From Savitreella phatthalungensis (Eukaryota), in contig AP039715.1 of the NCBI GenBank assembly GCA_051599415.1, positions 248,001 to 312,000 on the forward strand: DNA of 64,000 bases. Reading direction: 5' to 3'. The notes under the pieces are model-generated. The model ran no database searches. It was not told the DNA's origin and saw only the letters and a list, made by a program, of their open reading frames with translations. Made by a program: the position numbers and the translations under genes. This document shows positions 51,291 through 61,432 of this stretch, in pieces. Numbering within the stretch: the first letter of the stretch is position 1; every line of letters starts with the position of its first letter.

Positions 51291-52527
51291 TTAGAGTGTA
51301 TTAAATTTCGTCACTCATGCAGTGGTAGAAGGATCTTGTTTGAAGGGTATCTATAAGCAGTCATGACATCCTTTGGGTCATGTGGAAGCAGGAATATATT
51401 CACAAGCTTGATCTTGATGATGCTGATGAGGAGGAAGCTGACGATGGAGTTGGAAGCGGTGATCGTGTGAGGTAAAGAGAATGTGCATCCTGACGGTTCA
51501 CTTGCACGGTATGAGCTTTCAGTACTGTAACTCGTGCTGCATCTAAATTAATCCTGTATTTAAATTTATTTTTAGAACCTCCCATCGACCAGCTGCGGAT
51601 CCGGGTACTTATGCGTGCGTGCATAAAAGCATCAATTTCAAAATCTCCGAACTCCTTAATCCTCTTCTACTTTCCAGCCGAAATAAATTATCTGGAGTTC
51701 AAGTACATTCAACATACAGATCGAGTGAGGTAAGTTATTAATGCAAAGTTAAGATGTCGATATGCGCTGGAATCTATTCAGGACTTTTTTCTCATAGGCT
51801 GAAGATAGGAAATGAGGTCAAGTTCAATTTGACTTTTACAGATGCACTGTCGATCCACCATTCATCCAATTGGTACCACCACCATCATCATGCATGCATC
51901 TAGATGCATCTGCACATGGATCTTTCATCACGAAACCAGAGCCATAGAGTTTATTCTCTCACTCGTTCACTAGATTACACATACATGCAAGAAAAAGAAG
52001 GAGAAGAAGAAGAAGAAAGGAAGGATTCAAAGAGAAGGAGGAGAAAGAGGAGAAATAGGAGAAATATGAAGAAGGATATACAATATAATTTACATTCACG
52101 CGCTTAACTCAAAATCCCACTACAGGAATTCATAGCTACGTACGTACAGTCCTCAAAATTCAAAGGAGATTTATAAACTTGAAATATGAAGAAACGATAA
52201 CACGGTACAGTACAGTTGATGTTGCAGCCTATTGTACCGGCCGCTCATACATGTATACACGCATCATGACGATCATCAACACACAACTACACTATACTGT
52301 ACGTACATTATGCATCCATCCATACCAAAAAGAAAAAAGGATTCCCAAGGCGCGCGCCTATACGCTATAAACTATAGTCAACAACCGCAACCCCCCTCAT
52401 CTCAAGAGATAACAGCTACTCTAGTGCTTCATTTCTAGTCCTCCATCTCTGCTCATTCAAACCATTCGTTCATACGCCTCGGTCTCCCTGGAGTAGCTTC
52501 TCTTTTCACGACCTGCTCGATCCTTCT

Positions 52528-55500
52528 ATGGGCGTGCTTCGATCCAACAAATCGAAACACGTCAACAATCATCAGTATCAGCAGCAGCAACAACAACAAC
52601 AACAACTTCAACTTCAAAAGGCTTTCGATTCTGCCAAACCACCCATCATCGCTAGTAGAACTATAGACTGGTCTGACGCCAAATCTCATCCACACGCGTC
52701 CAATCACGCTCCTAGCCACGCCTCTGTCCAAACCCACGTGCAACCATCCTCGACCTCTTCTCCGGCCACGCCAAAGATGCCAGCCGTAGCTAGTGCTCAG
52801 ACACAGACACAGACACAGACTCCAGCAGGAGCCATGGTTCACGCGACGCCTGCCAAGAAGGCCCGCTCGATTTCAAGACAATTGATGCATGTTACACCCA
52901 CCTCAGTCACCGCACCAGAAGGTCTTAAATCCTCCTCCAACAACACTAGCCTGACGAAATCGCACAGACGAGACTTTTCTCTCACGTCTGCCTCAGACAC
53001 CACTGCACGCACAATCGACGTAGACACCCGGCCAGTCCGCATGTCTCGTCGGAGCATCTTCACCGCGAAGCCACAAATACATCTTTCCAGCACGGCAGCC
53101 TACATGCGCGACCCGGATGGGCAGCTTCCAACACTCGGCGAGCGCAGCAAGACGAGGAAGTCAGGCGCTCGTTCTCTGTTTGTTGACGATCTAGCAGATG
53201 ATCTGACCACCTCGGAACTCGCCCGGGCCATGCTTCGAGATGATCGGAGGCGCAAATCACGTGTCAAGCGACTCACCGGAGCCGACCCCTCTCTCATGAT
53301 TGAAGGACCAAACAGTCCGACCTCGACCATGCCCCGGGCCAGCGGCAGTGGCAGAAACCTCGTCCAATACGTCTCCACGGATTACGGAGGTCCAACCGGA
53401 GAGCGTATCCAGGAAATCGACGACAGCTCGCCGCAGGTTACTCCGGCTGGCTCACGTGTCAAGAATCAGCAGGTCACTGGCTCACGTGTCAAGAATCAGC
53501 AGGTCACTGGCTCACGTGTCAAGAATCAGCAGGTCACCACGCCCGAAGGCACGCCAGTGCATGATCATTACGTGAAAGCAGGTGTGGGCAAAGGGTCACG
53601 TGCGAAGATCAATGCCATCACAGGCAGGACCACCGACTGGCAGACACCGACCAGTACCACAGCTCTCAGCCCGTTTCCAGCCGATTCAGCCCAGCGTGAG
53701 CAGCTTGTTGTCCTAGCCGGCAACCGCGACTCGTTCCCAGACTTTGCCACCGTCGATGAGCGAAAGCGTGCGGCGCGGCAGAGCGCAGGCAGCGCATTCC
53801 TGTCAAATGCTTGGACATCCTTGTTCAAGCGTGCAGGCAGCACAAGAGCCCGCAAGGAGCGGGATCTCGAACACCATCGGAAGGCGTCACTCGTGAAATC
53901 TCCCCTCGGCATGGATTCAAATCTCGATCGTACTTCGACGCAGGACACTGAAGAAGTCTTGCGAGACCTCGAGGCCGGCGCCTTGGTCGCTCAAGATCGG
54001 CGGGAAGCTGCACCGATCAGATTCGTCGAGTCGCAGCCACAGATCCTCCCTCCTCCGGCACGAATGCAGCTCGCTCAAACAGCCCATATCGAACGCGCCA
54101 TACCTGAAGACGCTTTCTACGATCCTAATCTCCCGCGCACCAACAGCGTCGTCGCCACAAACGTTCTGCCCGGAACAGTAATTCGCCCAGGACATCACTC
54201 CCGAAATTTCTCACGACCTAATAATGAGACGGTGGGCACGCCCGGCAAACTCGTCGTCAACCCACTGATAGCACCAGAAAGCTCGGCGATCATCGACAAC
54301 ACTTACGAGGACATTGTCAACGGCACAACCTATCCGCTCACTCCAATCATTGACGCGTACAATGTTGCACCTGCAGAGGCCCCACTAACTGTACCGCCCG
54401 GAGCCAGGGCGACGACAACGCCTGGCGGCTACGCAACTGCGCGCGATGCAGCCTTGGCGTCGCTGAAACCCGATGCTTCGCCTGTGCTGCCGATGTCAGT
54501 TGAGCAAGCTCGCCAAGCCAACGTTGTGGCCTCTCGTATCCCGACGGCAGTCGCTTTATTCCCTGACTCGTCTGATGGTGGCTCGTCTATCGCACCTCAG
54601 AACGCGCAAGTTGCCCCGAGTACCTCGTCTTCTGCATATCCGATCGACAGTCCACGACCCCTGCCAGCACATGCGCGTCTCAACAAGCGAGAAGGAACGC
54701 CTGCAGACACCAACTCCATCCACTCTCTCCAGTCACTCGACTCGATTGAGCGCACTGGCGGCACACCCTGGCTGTCCAACCAGAAGCGACAGTCCGAGTA
54801 CGACACAATCGTCCATCGGTCCTTCTCTCGACTGGCAGACGCACGACCCTCCAGCGTCCTCAGCCAGGCTCGGAACTCCAGCCGGCTTGGCAACGCGGCC
54901 GAAGTCGGCGCGTCGACTGCTGATTCAACACCGTCAAAGCAGCAGCAAAAGCCACTGGCCTCCCAAGTCGTGATTCCAAAGGATCTCGCCGAGGAGATGG
55001 CTGAGATCGAGCGAGATGAGCTTCTTTCATCTGACGAGGAAGCCGGATTCGACCGAATCTCCAAGACGTACACGCACTCTACCCTGGCGACGCCGCGCGC
55101 AGCCGTCTTCCAAGCGCGCCAGCCAGCTTTGCCAAATGGTAGCACACCTGCGGATGCCACTCAAAGCATAGAGACAGGCCTTGATGAGGACGAAGATGAC
55201 GAACCCGCTCTGGCAGACATCGCGACAAGTGTCGGCGTCTGGCGGAACGGTGTCGGCAGGCCTGTGACAATTGTGCAGCCGCCGAGTCAGGATAAGGCTC
55301 TTCCTGCAGCTCCGTACACACTCGCCCCGCCGCTCGATGGCCTGGCCAATTCCCGCGACGTCTCTGTTCCCGGGACGCCGGAACCGGCCGTTGCCACTAC
55401 CACAGCGACGACATTTTCTGCGCCTGGAGCGTTGCACGCTGCAGCGGCCGCGGCGCTCGCAGCTGCTGCTGGCCCAGTGCGCGAGTCGCCTTCGTACGAA

Positions 55501-55866
55501 GGTCAGCTGACCGTCGCTCGCCACATCGAGGTCCAGTCTGCACATCTGCTGCTATCGCAGGCGTTTGCCACCCCGAACGGCTTTTTCGACGCACCCCGCG
55601 CAGGCGTCCTTGCGTCAAGAGCCGGCAGCATCTACGACGTCCTACCCACCTCCCCTGGCCAAGAGCGTACCCTTCCCTCATCCGTCGACGCCACGACCAA
55701 GCGCCCGATCGCCTTTGATGCATCCTACAAAGACGCCACCTTGCGCCCTCCTGATACCACCACAAACACAGACACAAGTGTCCGGGAATCCATAGTGTCG
55801 AACGACTCGTTTGTGACTGCTGACCAGGGTGTCGGTGTGATGTCGCGGCTAGGCATGCGTTCGTAG
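52528..55866 (+). CDS. Large, mostly disordered hypothetical protein (1112 aa)
   Basis: 3.3-kb uninterrupted ORF rich in S/T/P/A/Q with one short structured-looking island (FVDDLADDLTTSELARAMLRDDRRRK); no family named. Confidence 0.8.
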   Translation: MGVLRSNKSKHVNNHQYQQQQQQQQQLQLQKAFDSAKPPIIASRTIDWSDAKSHPHASNHAPSHASVQTHVQPSSTSSPATPKMPAVASAQTQTQTQTPAGAMVHATPAKKARSISRQLMHVTPTSVTAPEGLKSSSNNTSLTKSHRRDFSLTSASDTTARTIDVDTRPVRMSRRSIFTAKPQIHLSSTAAYMRDPDGQLPTLGERSKTRKSGARSLFVDDLADDLTTSELARAMLRDDRRRKSRVKRLTGADPSLMIEGPNSPTSTMPRASGSGRNLVQYVSTDYGGPTGERIQEIDDSSPQVTPAGSRVKNQQVTGSRVKNQQVTGSRVKNQQVTTPEGTPVHDHYVKAGVGKGSRAKINAITGRTTDWQTPTSTTALSPFPADSAQREQLVVLAGNRDSFPDFATVDERKRAARQSAGSAFLSNAWTSLFKRAGSTRARKERDLEHHRKASLVKSPLGMDSNLDRTSTQDTEEVLRDLEAGALVAQDRREAAPIRFVESQPQILPPPARMQLAQTAHIERAIPEDAFYDPNLPRTNSVVATNVLPGTVIRPGHHSRNFSRPNNETVGTPGKLVVNPLIAPESSAIIDNTYEDIVNGTTYPLTPIIDAYNVAPAEAPLTVPPGARATTTPGGYATARDAALASLKPDASPVLPMSVEQARQANVVASRIPTAVALFPDSSDGGSSIAPQNAQVAPSTSSSAYPIDSPRPLPAHARLNKREGTPADTNSIHSLQSLDSIERTGGTPWLSNQKRQSEYDTIVHRSFSRLADARPSSVLSQARNSSRLGNAAEVGASTADSTPSKQQQKPLASQVVIPKDLAEEMAEIERDELLSSDEEAGFDRISKTYTHSTLATPRAAVFQARQPALPNGSTPADATQSIETGLDEDEDDEPALADIATSVGVWRNGVGRPVTIVQPPSQDKALPAAPYTLAPPLDGLANSRDVSVPGTPEPAVATTTATTFSAPGALHAAAAAALAAAAGPVRESPSYEGQLTVARHIEVQSAHLLLSQAFATPNGFFDAPRAGVLASRAGSIYDVLPTSPGQERTLPSSVDATTKRPIAFDASYKDATLRPPDTTTNTDTSVRESIVSNDSFVTADQGVGVMSRLGMRS
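53447..53536 (+). repeat. Perfect coding minisatellite, 30 bp x3 (GSRVKNQQVT)
   Basis: ctggctcacgtgtcaagaatcagcaggtca at 53447, 53477 and 53507. Confidence 0.95.
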
Positions 55867-55879
55867 TAGTACTAGTAAA

Positions 55880-57103
55880 TTACTTTGGACGTTGTCGCTC
55901 GAGTGTTACAAGCGTCACATCCCCCTTGTGATCTACCACGCCGACATGCGTCACGCCAGACTCCCCAGCCACCGTCGCACCGTCCACCGACCTGTCACTC
56001 CCGATAGCCACCACCACAGCCCCTTCCTTCTCCACAACCAAGCGACCCCACGCATCCACCTTCGCATCGCTGCCAGCAAATGCGTGGTTGTAGACAAGCC
56101 ATGCCGGGTGTGCGGTCTCTGGATGCCAGGCATCAATCCTGGCCTTGTGTGCTGGGGACTCCGTGGCGAGGTGATTTTTGAGTGATTGAAGCTCGGCGAC
56201 CTGGTCGGCTGAAGGGAGTGTGTGGGTGAGGTGGAGATGTAGCCAGGCGTAGGTGATCTTGGCGGTCGTGCACAACTCGGCGGCATCGCCACCGTCATCC
56301 TCCTCGAGCAACTCGTCAACCATCGCCAACTCCCCAGCCACCATCGCACCATCCACCACCCCATCCCTCTGCCCACACACGAGCCAGCGGTGGTACAGCC
56401 AGATGGACCTATCTCCAGGATCGGTGTAGATGGCGTGCCTGAGAAGCTCGAGTTCTGCAACCACGCGATCGCGCGTGATCGGCAGGAGGAACCTGCGAGC
56501 ATGCCAGGCTGAGAAGTTTGAGAAGTTGTAGGTGACTGCAGCTGTGGTATACTCCAACTCCTTCGTCCCCATCGACACACCCCCACGGGCCTTCTCGGCC
56601 ATCGCCACAACCCACCGGCGGTACTGCCATACGTGGTAGTTCCGTCCATCACGCTCGAGCAGCTTGCTCACCAGCAGCAACTCACCATCAAAGTCAGGCC
56701 ACACCAGCGAACCAAGCACCCACTTACGGTGCTCCCAAAGCGTGTACGTCTTCGGGTACCGCATCAGAATCTTCTGAAGCAGTGGTAGCTCCCCACTCAG
56801 CACCGACTCGTCATTCAGAAACGCAAGGCACTCACGCCGCACGTTCCACACCGTGTAGTGCTCCGGGTTCCGTCGGAGGTAGTCGGTCGTCTTGGCGAGG
56901 AGGGAGTGTTTGTCGGTCGTGGTTCGGTTCGATAGAATCTCACGCTCTAAGGAGCTTAGGTATGACGCTAGCTCACGATTGTCCAATCGACGTCGTTCAC
57001 CTTTCCGAACGCCGTGTGACCACGTGTAATTCGACTCACCAGCCGGAGTGCCGCCATCAGGTGTAGAGGGTGACGCAGATGGCGCTGGGTCAGCCTCAGT
57101 CAT
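55880..57103 (-). CDS. BET4: Rab geranylgeranyltransferase (type II) alpha subunit
   Basis: SHGVRK, prenyltransferase-alpha repeats NPEHYTVWNVRR, PKTYTLWEHRKW, RNYHVWQYRR, NFSNFSAWHAR, AIYTDPGDRSIWLYHRWL. First ATG at 57103. Confidence 0.9.
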   Translation of the reverse strand: MTEADPAPSASPSTPDGGTPAGESNYTWSHGVRKGERRRLDNRELASYLSSLEREILSNRTTTDKHSLLAKTTDYLRRNPEHYTVWNVRRECLAFLNDESVLSGELPLLQKILMRYPKTYTLWEHRKWVLGSLVWPDFDGELLLVSKLLERDGRNYHVWQYRRWVVAMAEKARGGVSMGTKELEYTTAAVTYNFSNFSAWHARRFLLPITRDRVVAELELLRHAIYTDPGDRSIWLYHRWLVCGQRDGVVDGAMVAGELAMVDELLEEDDGGDAAELCTTAKITYAWLHLHLTHTLPSADQVAELQSLKNHLATESPAHKARIDAWHPETAHPAWLVYNHAFAGSDAKVDAWGRLVVEKEGAVVVAIGSDRSVDGATVAGESGVTHVGVVDHKGDVTLVTLERQRPK

Positions 57104-57576
57104 AGCCAGATGATGGGACGAGAAGCAGCAGTGGTAGCAATCTTTGAGTAGACGACCTGTGCTGATCCACCGGCCTCGAGAGAACGCCAGGTGCTGGAGT
57201 ATAGTGGCACGTGTGGAGCCGGTCAGCAATCTCTACCAAGTCACACGTGACATAAATCTTCGGGTCGACATTTCATAGATGCACGTGGAGACAGCTGCTT
57301 CTAAATTTCATTGTCGCGGTGGCGGATCTCCAGTATTGAAGCATTTGTATGGATCTGTGTGCATCTGGACTCGATCTGTCTATCAGCTTTTCTCGATTAG
57401 AAATCGATGCATGAGGAATGTTCTAGCCAGAAGCGTCATGCTAGCTCAAATGAAGTTGAAATATATCATTCAAATTTCTACCTAAATCGAATTCCTTTCT
57501 GGAGTGATCCAGTCGCGTACTTTTAATGATATTTCCAATTTCAGCCTAATCATGCAATCTGTGTATTAATTCAGTC

Positions 57577-57864
57577 TTACTCAATCGCGTCCATTCTACA
57601 CCGGCTTAAGTGCAGGTCGAACGAATGGACACACCTGCGTGCTTGCGTGCTTCACTCTACTCACTCAATCACACTCTCACTCTCTCACTCACTCACACAC
57701 GCTACTCACTCACACTGACTCGTTTGCTAGGTCATTCCGTCACATCTACCCAACCGCCACAATCATCCACACTCGATCGTCGATTACAAACGCGTCTCTG
57801 ACTCATCATCATACTCTCCAACCGAGTATATAACTTCGATCGACGTCGTATCCCTCTGACGTCA
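57577..57864 (+). promoter_or_regulatory. Putative thioredoxin promoter with bZIP sites and TATA box
   Basis: TTACTCA 57577, TTACAAA 57784, TGACTCA 57799, TATATAA 57827, TGACGTCA 57857. Confidence 0.5.
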
Positions 57865-58001
57865 ATCCTCTTCTTTCACCTTCTACACCAAAGGTCGTCA
57901 CGATACTCTCTCGCGCGACTACTCGATTTGGCAGCACCACAGCTAGCCTTCTACACACCCGTCCAACTACCCTACGCAAGTTCACATCGACTCGTCTGAC
58001 G

Positions 58002-58316
58002 ATGGTTCACGAGGTCTCCGCCAAGGACGCTTTCACGAGCGCCATCAGCAACGGCAAGCTTGTGGTTGTTGACTTTTACGCAACGTGGTGCGGTCCGTGC
58101 AAGGTGATTGCGCCCAAGGTTGCCGAGATGGACAAGGAGTTCACCGAGGTCGACTTTATCAAGGTCGACGTTGACAACCTGCCTGACGTCGCTGCAGAGC
58201 ACGCCATCCGCGCCATGCCAACCTTCCTCCTCTTCAAGGACGGAAAGGAGATCGACAAGGTCGTCGGCGCAAACGCCGCAAAGCTCAGGCAGGTCATCAC
58301 TGAACACGCCAAGTAG
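58002..58316 (+). CDS. TRX1: Cytosolic thioredoxin
   Basis: VVVDFYATWCGPCKVIAP, FIKVDVD, AMPTF, VVGAN. Confidence 0.97.
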   Translation: MVHEVSAKDAFTSAISNGKLVVVDFYATWCGPCKVIAPKVAEMDKEFTEVDFIKVDVDNLPDVAAEHAIRAMPTFLLFKDGKEIDKVVGANAAKLRQVITEHAK

Positions 58317-58488
58317 ACCACCACTCGCGTGCCCCAGACACAACCAGTAGCAGTAGTAGTATGGGTGTCATCAACAGAAACCTGAAACGCCTATAGAAAA
58401 AACACGCAACTACAAATACAAGAATTTGGAAACCCAGCTCGATGTCAATTAGAAGAAGCCATATAGATACAATTGTATGGCCAATCGA

Positions 58489-59682
58489 TCATTGGCTGGA
58501 GAAGGCGGTCGTCATCTGCTTGATCCAGGCGTCTAGACCGGCAGAATCGAGGATGTAGATTGCGCCACGCTCGTTGAATCCTGCTTTGTTGAATGCCCTT
58601 CGTGAGTCTGCGTTGCGGGTGCCTGTGTGTGTGTAGTCGAATGTGGTGTAAGCACGTGCAAGTGACTGGAGTAGTGAGTCTTCCTCGTGGAAGTGGTTGA
58701 GGTCTGGAGATGTTACTGCGGCAAGCTCCTTCTGCTTCTGCTTCTGTGCTTGTGCCTTCTCTTTCCGGATTGCTGCCAGCTGCGCACGAGCTCTCGCCGT
58801 CGCGCTATTGTCCTCAACCTCGCTCTCCTCGCTATCATCATCATCGTCATCATCATCATCGTCGTCGCTGTCGGACATCGCAGGCGCAGACTCAGTATAG
58901 CACCGGCTCAGCAACACGTACCGATCGTACCGCCTTCCAGCCTTCTGTAGATCCTTCGACAGATACCCGTACAGCGCAGGCGCCACCTCGAGCGGCATGT
59001 TAATCAGCCGCTCGCTCAATAGCAATGCCGTCTTTCCCGACGTTTGGAGGTCGAGTGAATCGAGCGCCTTTGCCGTCGATTTATCACTCGCTCCTTTGTT
59101 CTTGATGTACGCGAGAAGCTGAGCGAGCGTAGCTCCGCCATCCAGCACGTCCGTCCCCTTCTCTGGTGCTGCCTTTGATGCCGCCGACTTTGGTGGCAGG
59201 AGCGCAGCGAGATCGACAGCAGCGACAAATGCATACGGATCCGCCCCACGCGTCCGCTGGTCTTCGTCCTCCTCATCAATCACCTTGCACGTCGTCCCTA
59301 CCACATCCCCACCAGCCAAGTGTGAACTCTCCAGCAGCAAGTCTGCAACCCCGCCAAACTCAAAGTCAACAGCATCAGGACCGAGCAACTGCTTCATCAG
59401 CACATCCACAGCATGAAAATCCGTTGGCGAGAGGTCGAAAAAGTCAAAGTCCACTTGCACTTCAGACATTGCATCCTCAGAATCCTGATCCGAGTGATCG
59501 TCGTCATCACCATCATCAGACTCGGATTCGTCAGGCTCTGAATATGCATCCTCGTCCGAATCAGGTGGCGGTGCGGAAGCCACCTTGGCCTTCTTGGTGA
59601 CTGGTTCTGCGGACTTCTTGCTCTCGGCAGTCTGTGTGGAGGTCTGAGTAGCAGATCTCTTGGTAGCAGCACCCTTGACCAT
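58489..59682 (-). CDS. BCP1: Bcp1/BCCIP family protein
   Basis: Acidic N-terminus, VQVDFDFFD..DFHAV..LMKQL, VGTTCK, DPYAF, LLLSERLINMPLEVAPALY, FHEED, ADSRRAF. Confidence 0.9.
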   Translation of the reverse strand: MVKGAATKRSATQTSTQTAESKKSAEPVTKKAKVASAPPPDSDEDAYSEPDESESDDGDDDDHSDQDSEDAMSEVQVDFDFFDLSPTDFHAVDVLMKQLLGPDAVDFEFGGVADLLLESSHLAGGDVVGTTCKVIDEEDEDQRTRGADPYAFVAAVDLAALLPPKSAASKAAPEKGTDVLDGGATLAQLLAYIKNKGASDKSTAKALDSLDLQTSGKTALLLSERLINMPLEVAPALYGYLSKDLQKAGRRYDRYVLLSRCYTESAPAMSDSDDDDDDDDDDDSEESEVEDNSATARARAQLAAIRKEKAQAQKQKQKELAAVTSPDLNHFHEEDSLLQSLARAYTTFDYTHTGTRNADSRRAFNKAGFNERGAIYILDSAGLDAWIKQMTTAFSSQ

Positions 59683-60346
59683 GATGAGAGACTATACACC
59701 CGAAGACATTGTTAGTGTACCGAGGATTTGGTGCCTTGTATATGATAATGAGAGTTGAGATTGATCGACAGCCGGAGTTCTATCCAAAGATATAACGGCT
59801 GAATTTAGATGCACATGAACATCATCCACATGGATTCACAAAGACGCCTTACGTCAGATTCAATCTAGACTTTCATCACCTACGAAGCCAGACCCTCAGC
59901 ACTGACAAGCTCAAGATATCATAGCAGTCAGCTGTACCTGGAAATCTTCTGCTTTGGCCATAGCGCTCAAGTTCTTGGGGTCATTGAATCTTTTAGATCA
60001 ATCTCATTCCCTTTCACTTGACTCGGAGAGTGCTCACGCGAGCTCAGTGGTCTACCACACAACTAGCGCGACAGAAGATATCTACCGTGGGCAGCGACAC
60101 GAAGCGCTCTCTGATAACGACAGAGTATTCTGCTTGTGGGGTGCGGAGATTCTGGCAGAGAAGATCAGTCTTTCCGCTTCATACTCGCTCTTTGAGGAGA
60201 AAATACCGCAAAGCTGAGACGCGCCGCGTGAGGGCGTGAATGACCGTCCATCTACTGCTATAAAGCAGTCATTGTCCCCCAGAAAAACCGTTCTCTGAAC
60301 GACCTGCTGGAGCGGAGGTTCCAGAGTTCGGTCACATCGCGTAGCC

Positions 60347-61123
60347 ATGCGGCCAGGCATACTCCTCAGAGCCGCCTCTTCATCATCCACTTCTTCCTCA
60401 GCAGCATCCGCTTTTACATTTCCTCCACAGACATACCCTTCACCATACGAAATCTTCCATCTGGATCGGTCATGCTCAACTTCCGACGTCAAGCGGCGAT
60501 ACTACGAACTCGTCAAGCAGTTCCACCCTGATCGCCTACCCGGCTGCTCAGAGGCAGACAACGAGCGATTCCGGAAGATCGTGGCTGCGAATGACCTTTT
60601 GACGAATGTATCGAGGCGCGCGTCCTTCGACAAGTACGGGATGGGATGGGCTTATGCGTCACCTGCAAATCTGCGCGGCCAGGCAAGAGCAGGCCGGATG
60701 CACGGAAGCCGATTCGATGCATATGGCTCCCCATCCCGCACATCCTCATCCACATCAGACTGGCATCGGCAGCAGCAGGAGTACTACGCAAAGCCACAAA
60801 ATCGATCAGATGGCGGACCATGGGATCACTTTTACACCACCCGACCAGCGCCACCGGGAGAGCGCGTCTTCACATCCAACGCCAACTTCATGGGCATGAT
60901 CGCCTTCCTCGCAGCAGTAGGCGCAGTCGTCCAGGCCATGCGTCTAGGTAAAGCATCTCAAGAGATTAACGACCGCGCAGACAAGCGTCATTTCGAAACC
61001 GCCAGAGATCTAGCACAATCAAGAAGGCTCGCCACGGATCTCGGCAAGGACGAAAGAATCAGGCTATTCCTCGCACAGAGAAGTGGCGATCAACGAGGTT
61101 ACGACGGTAGTGAGTATCAGTGA
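60347..61123 (+). CDS. JID1: Mitochondrial J-domain protein, Jid1-like
   Basis: Presequence-like N-terminus, PSPYEIF, VKRRYYELVKQFHPD, ERFRKIVAANDLL, SNANF followed by a TM helix. Confidence 0.75.
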   Translation: MRPGILLRAASSSSTSSSAASAFTFPPQTYPSPYEIFHLDRSCSTSDVKRRYYELVKQFHPDRLPGCSEADNERFRKIVAANDLLTNVSRRASFDKYGMGWAYASPANLRGQARAGRMHGSRFDAYGSPSRTSSSTSDWHRQQQEYYAKPQNRSDGGPWDHFYTTRPAPPGERVFTSNANFMGMIAFLAAVGAVVQAMRLGKASQEINDRADKRHFETARDLAQSRRLATDLGKDERIRLFLAQRSGDQRGYDGSEYQ

Positions 61124-61432
61124 GTGCGTATGTAGGATGATGGAAATGACAGAATGACTTTATCATTGGCTTCAGACTACCGTCATTGTTTGGACGTGAC
61201 TCATCTGCTTGCGTTGCCACCGGTCGAAGTCACTATCCGTGCATTGAATGTGAGGAAATGAAAGAATGACTCAAACTTTCTTCTCACTGGGTACGTAACT
61301 TAACCCAAGGATGCACACTTTCCAATATACACCTACATCAAGATATCAGTGAAAGAGCCGTCAGCAGTCTACAGCTTGCGCACACGCGTCATCTTTCTGG
61401 TCATTGCACCGTGCCTTCTTCAGTCTACGTCC

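Noticed and set aside
53447..53536. 30-bp x3 repeat as CRISPR or a mobile-element end
   Set aside because: Head-to-tail without spacers and in frame inside a long ORF; a coding minisatellite.
60154..60170. GCAGAGAAGATCAG resembling the U6 snRNA ACAGAGA box
   Set aside because: The core is mismatched and the flanking U6 sequence is absent.
61349..61432. Non-AUG N-terminal extensions in the ORF track (GCD2; also 44010, 57229, 19641, 18128)
   Set aside because: They arise from bacterial-style GTG/TTG start calling; there is no homology or other evidence for their use.
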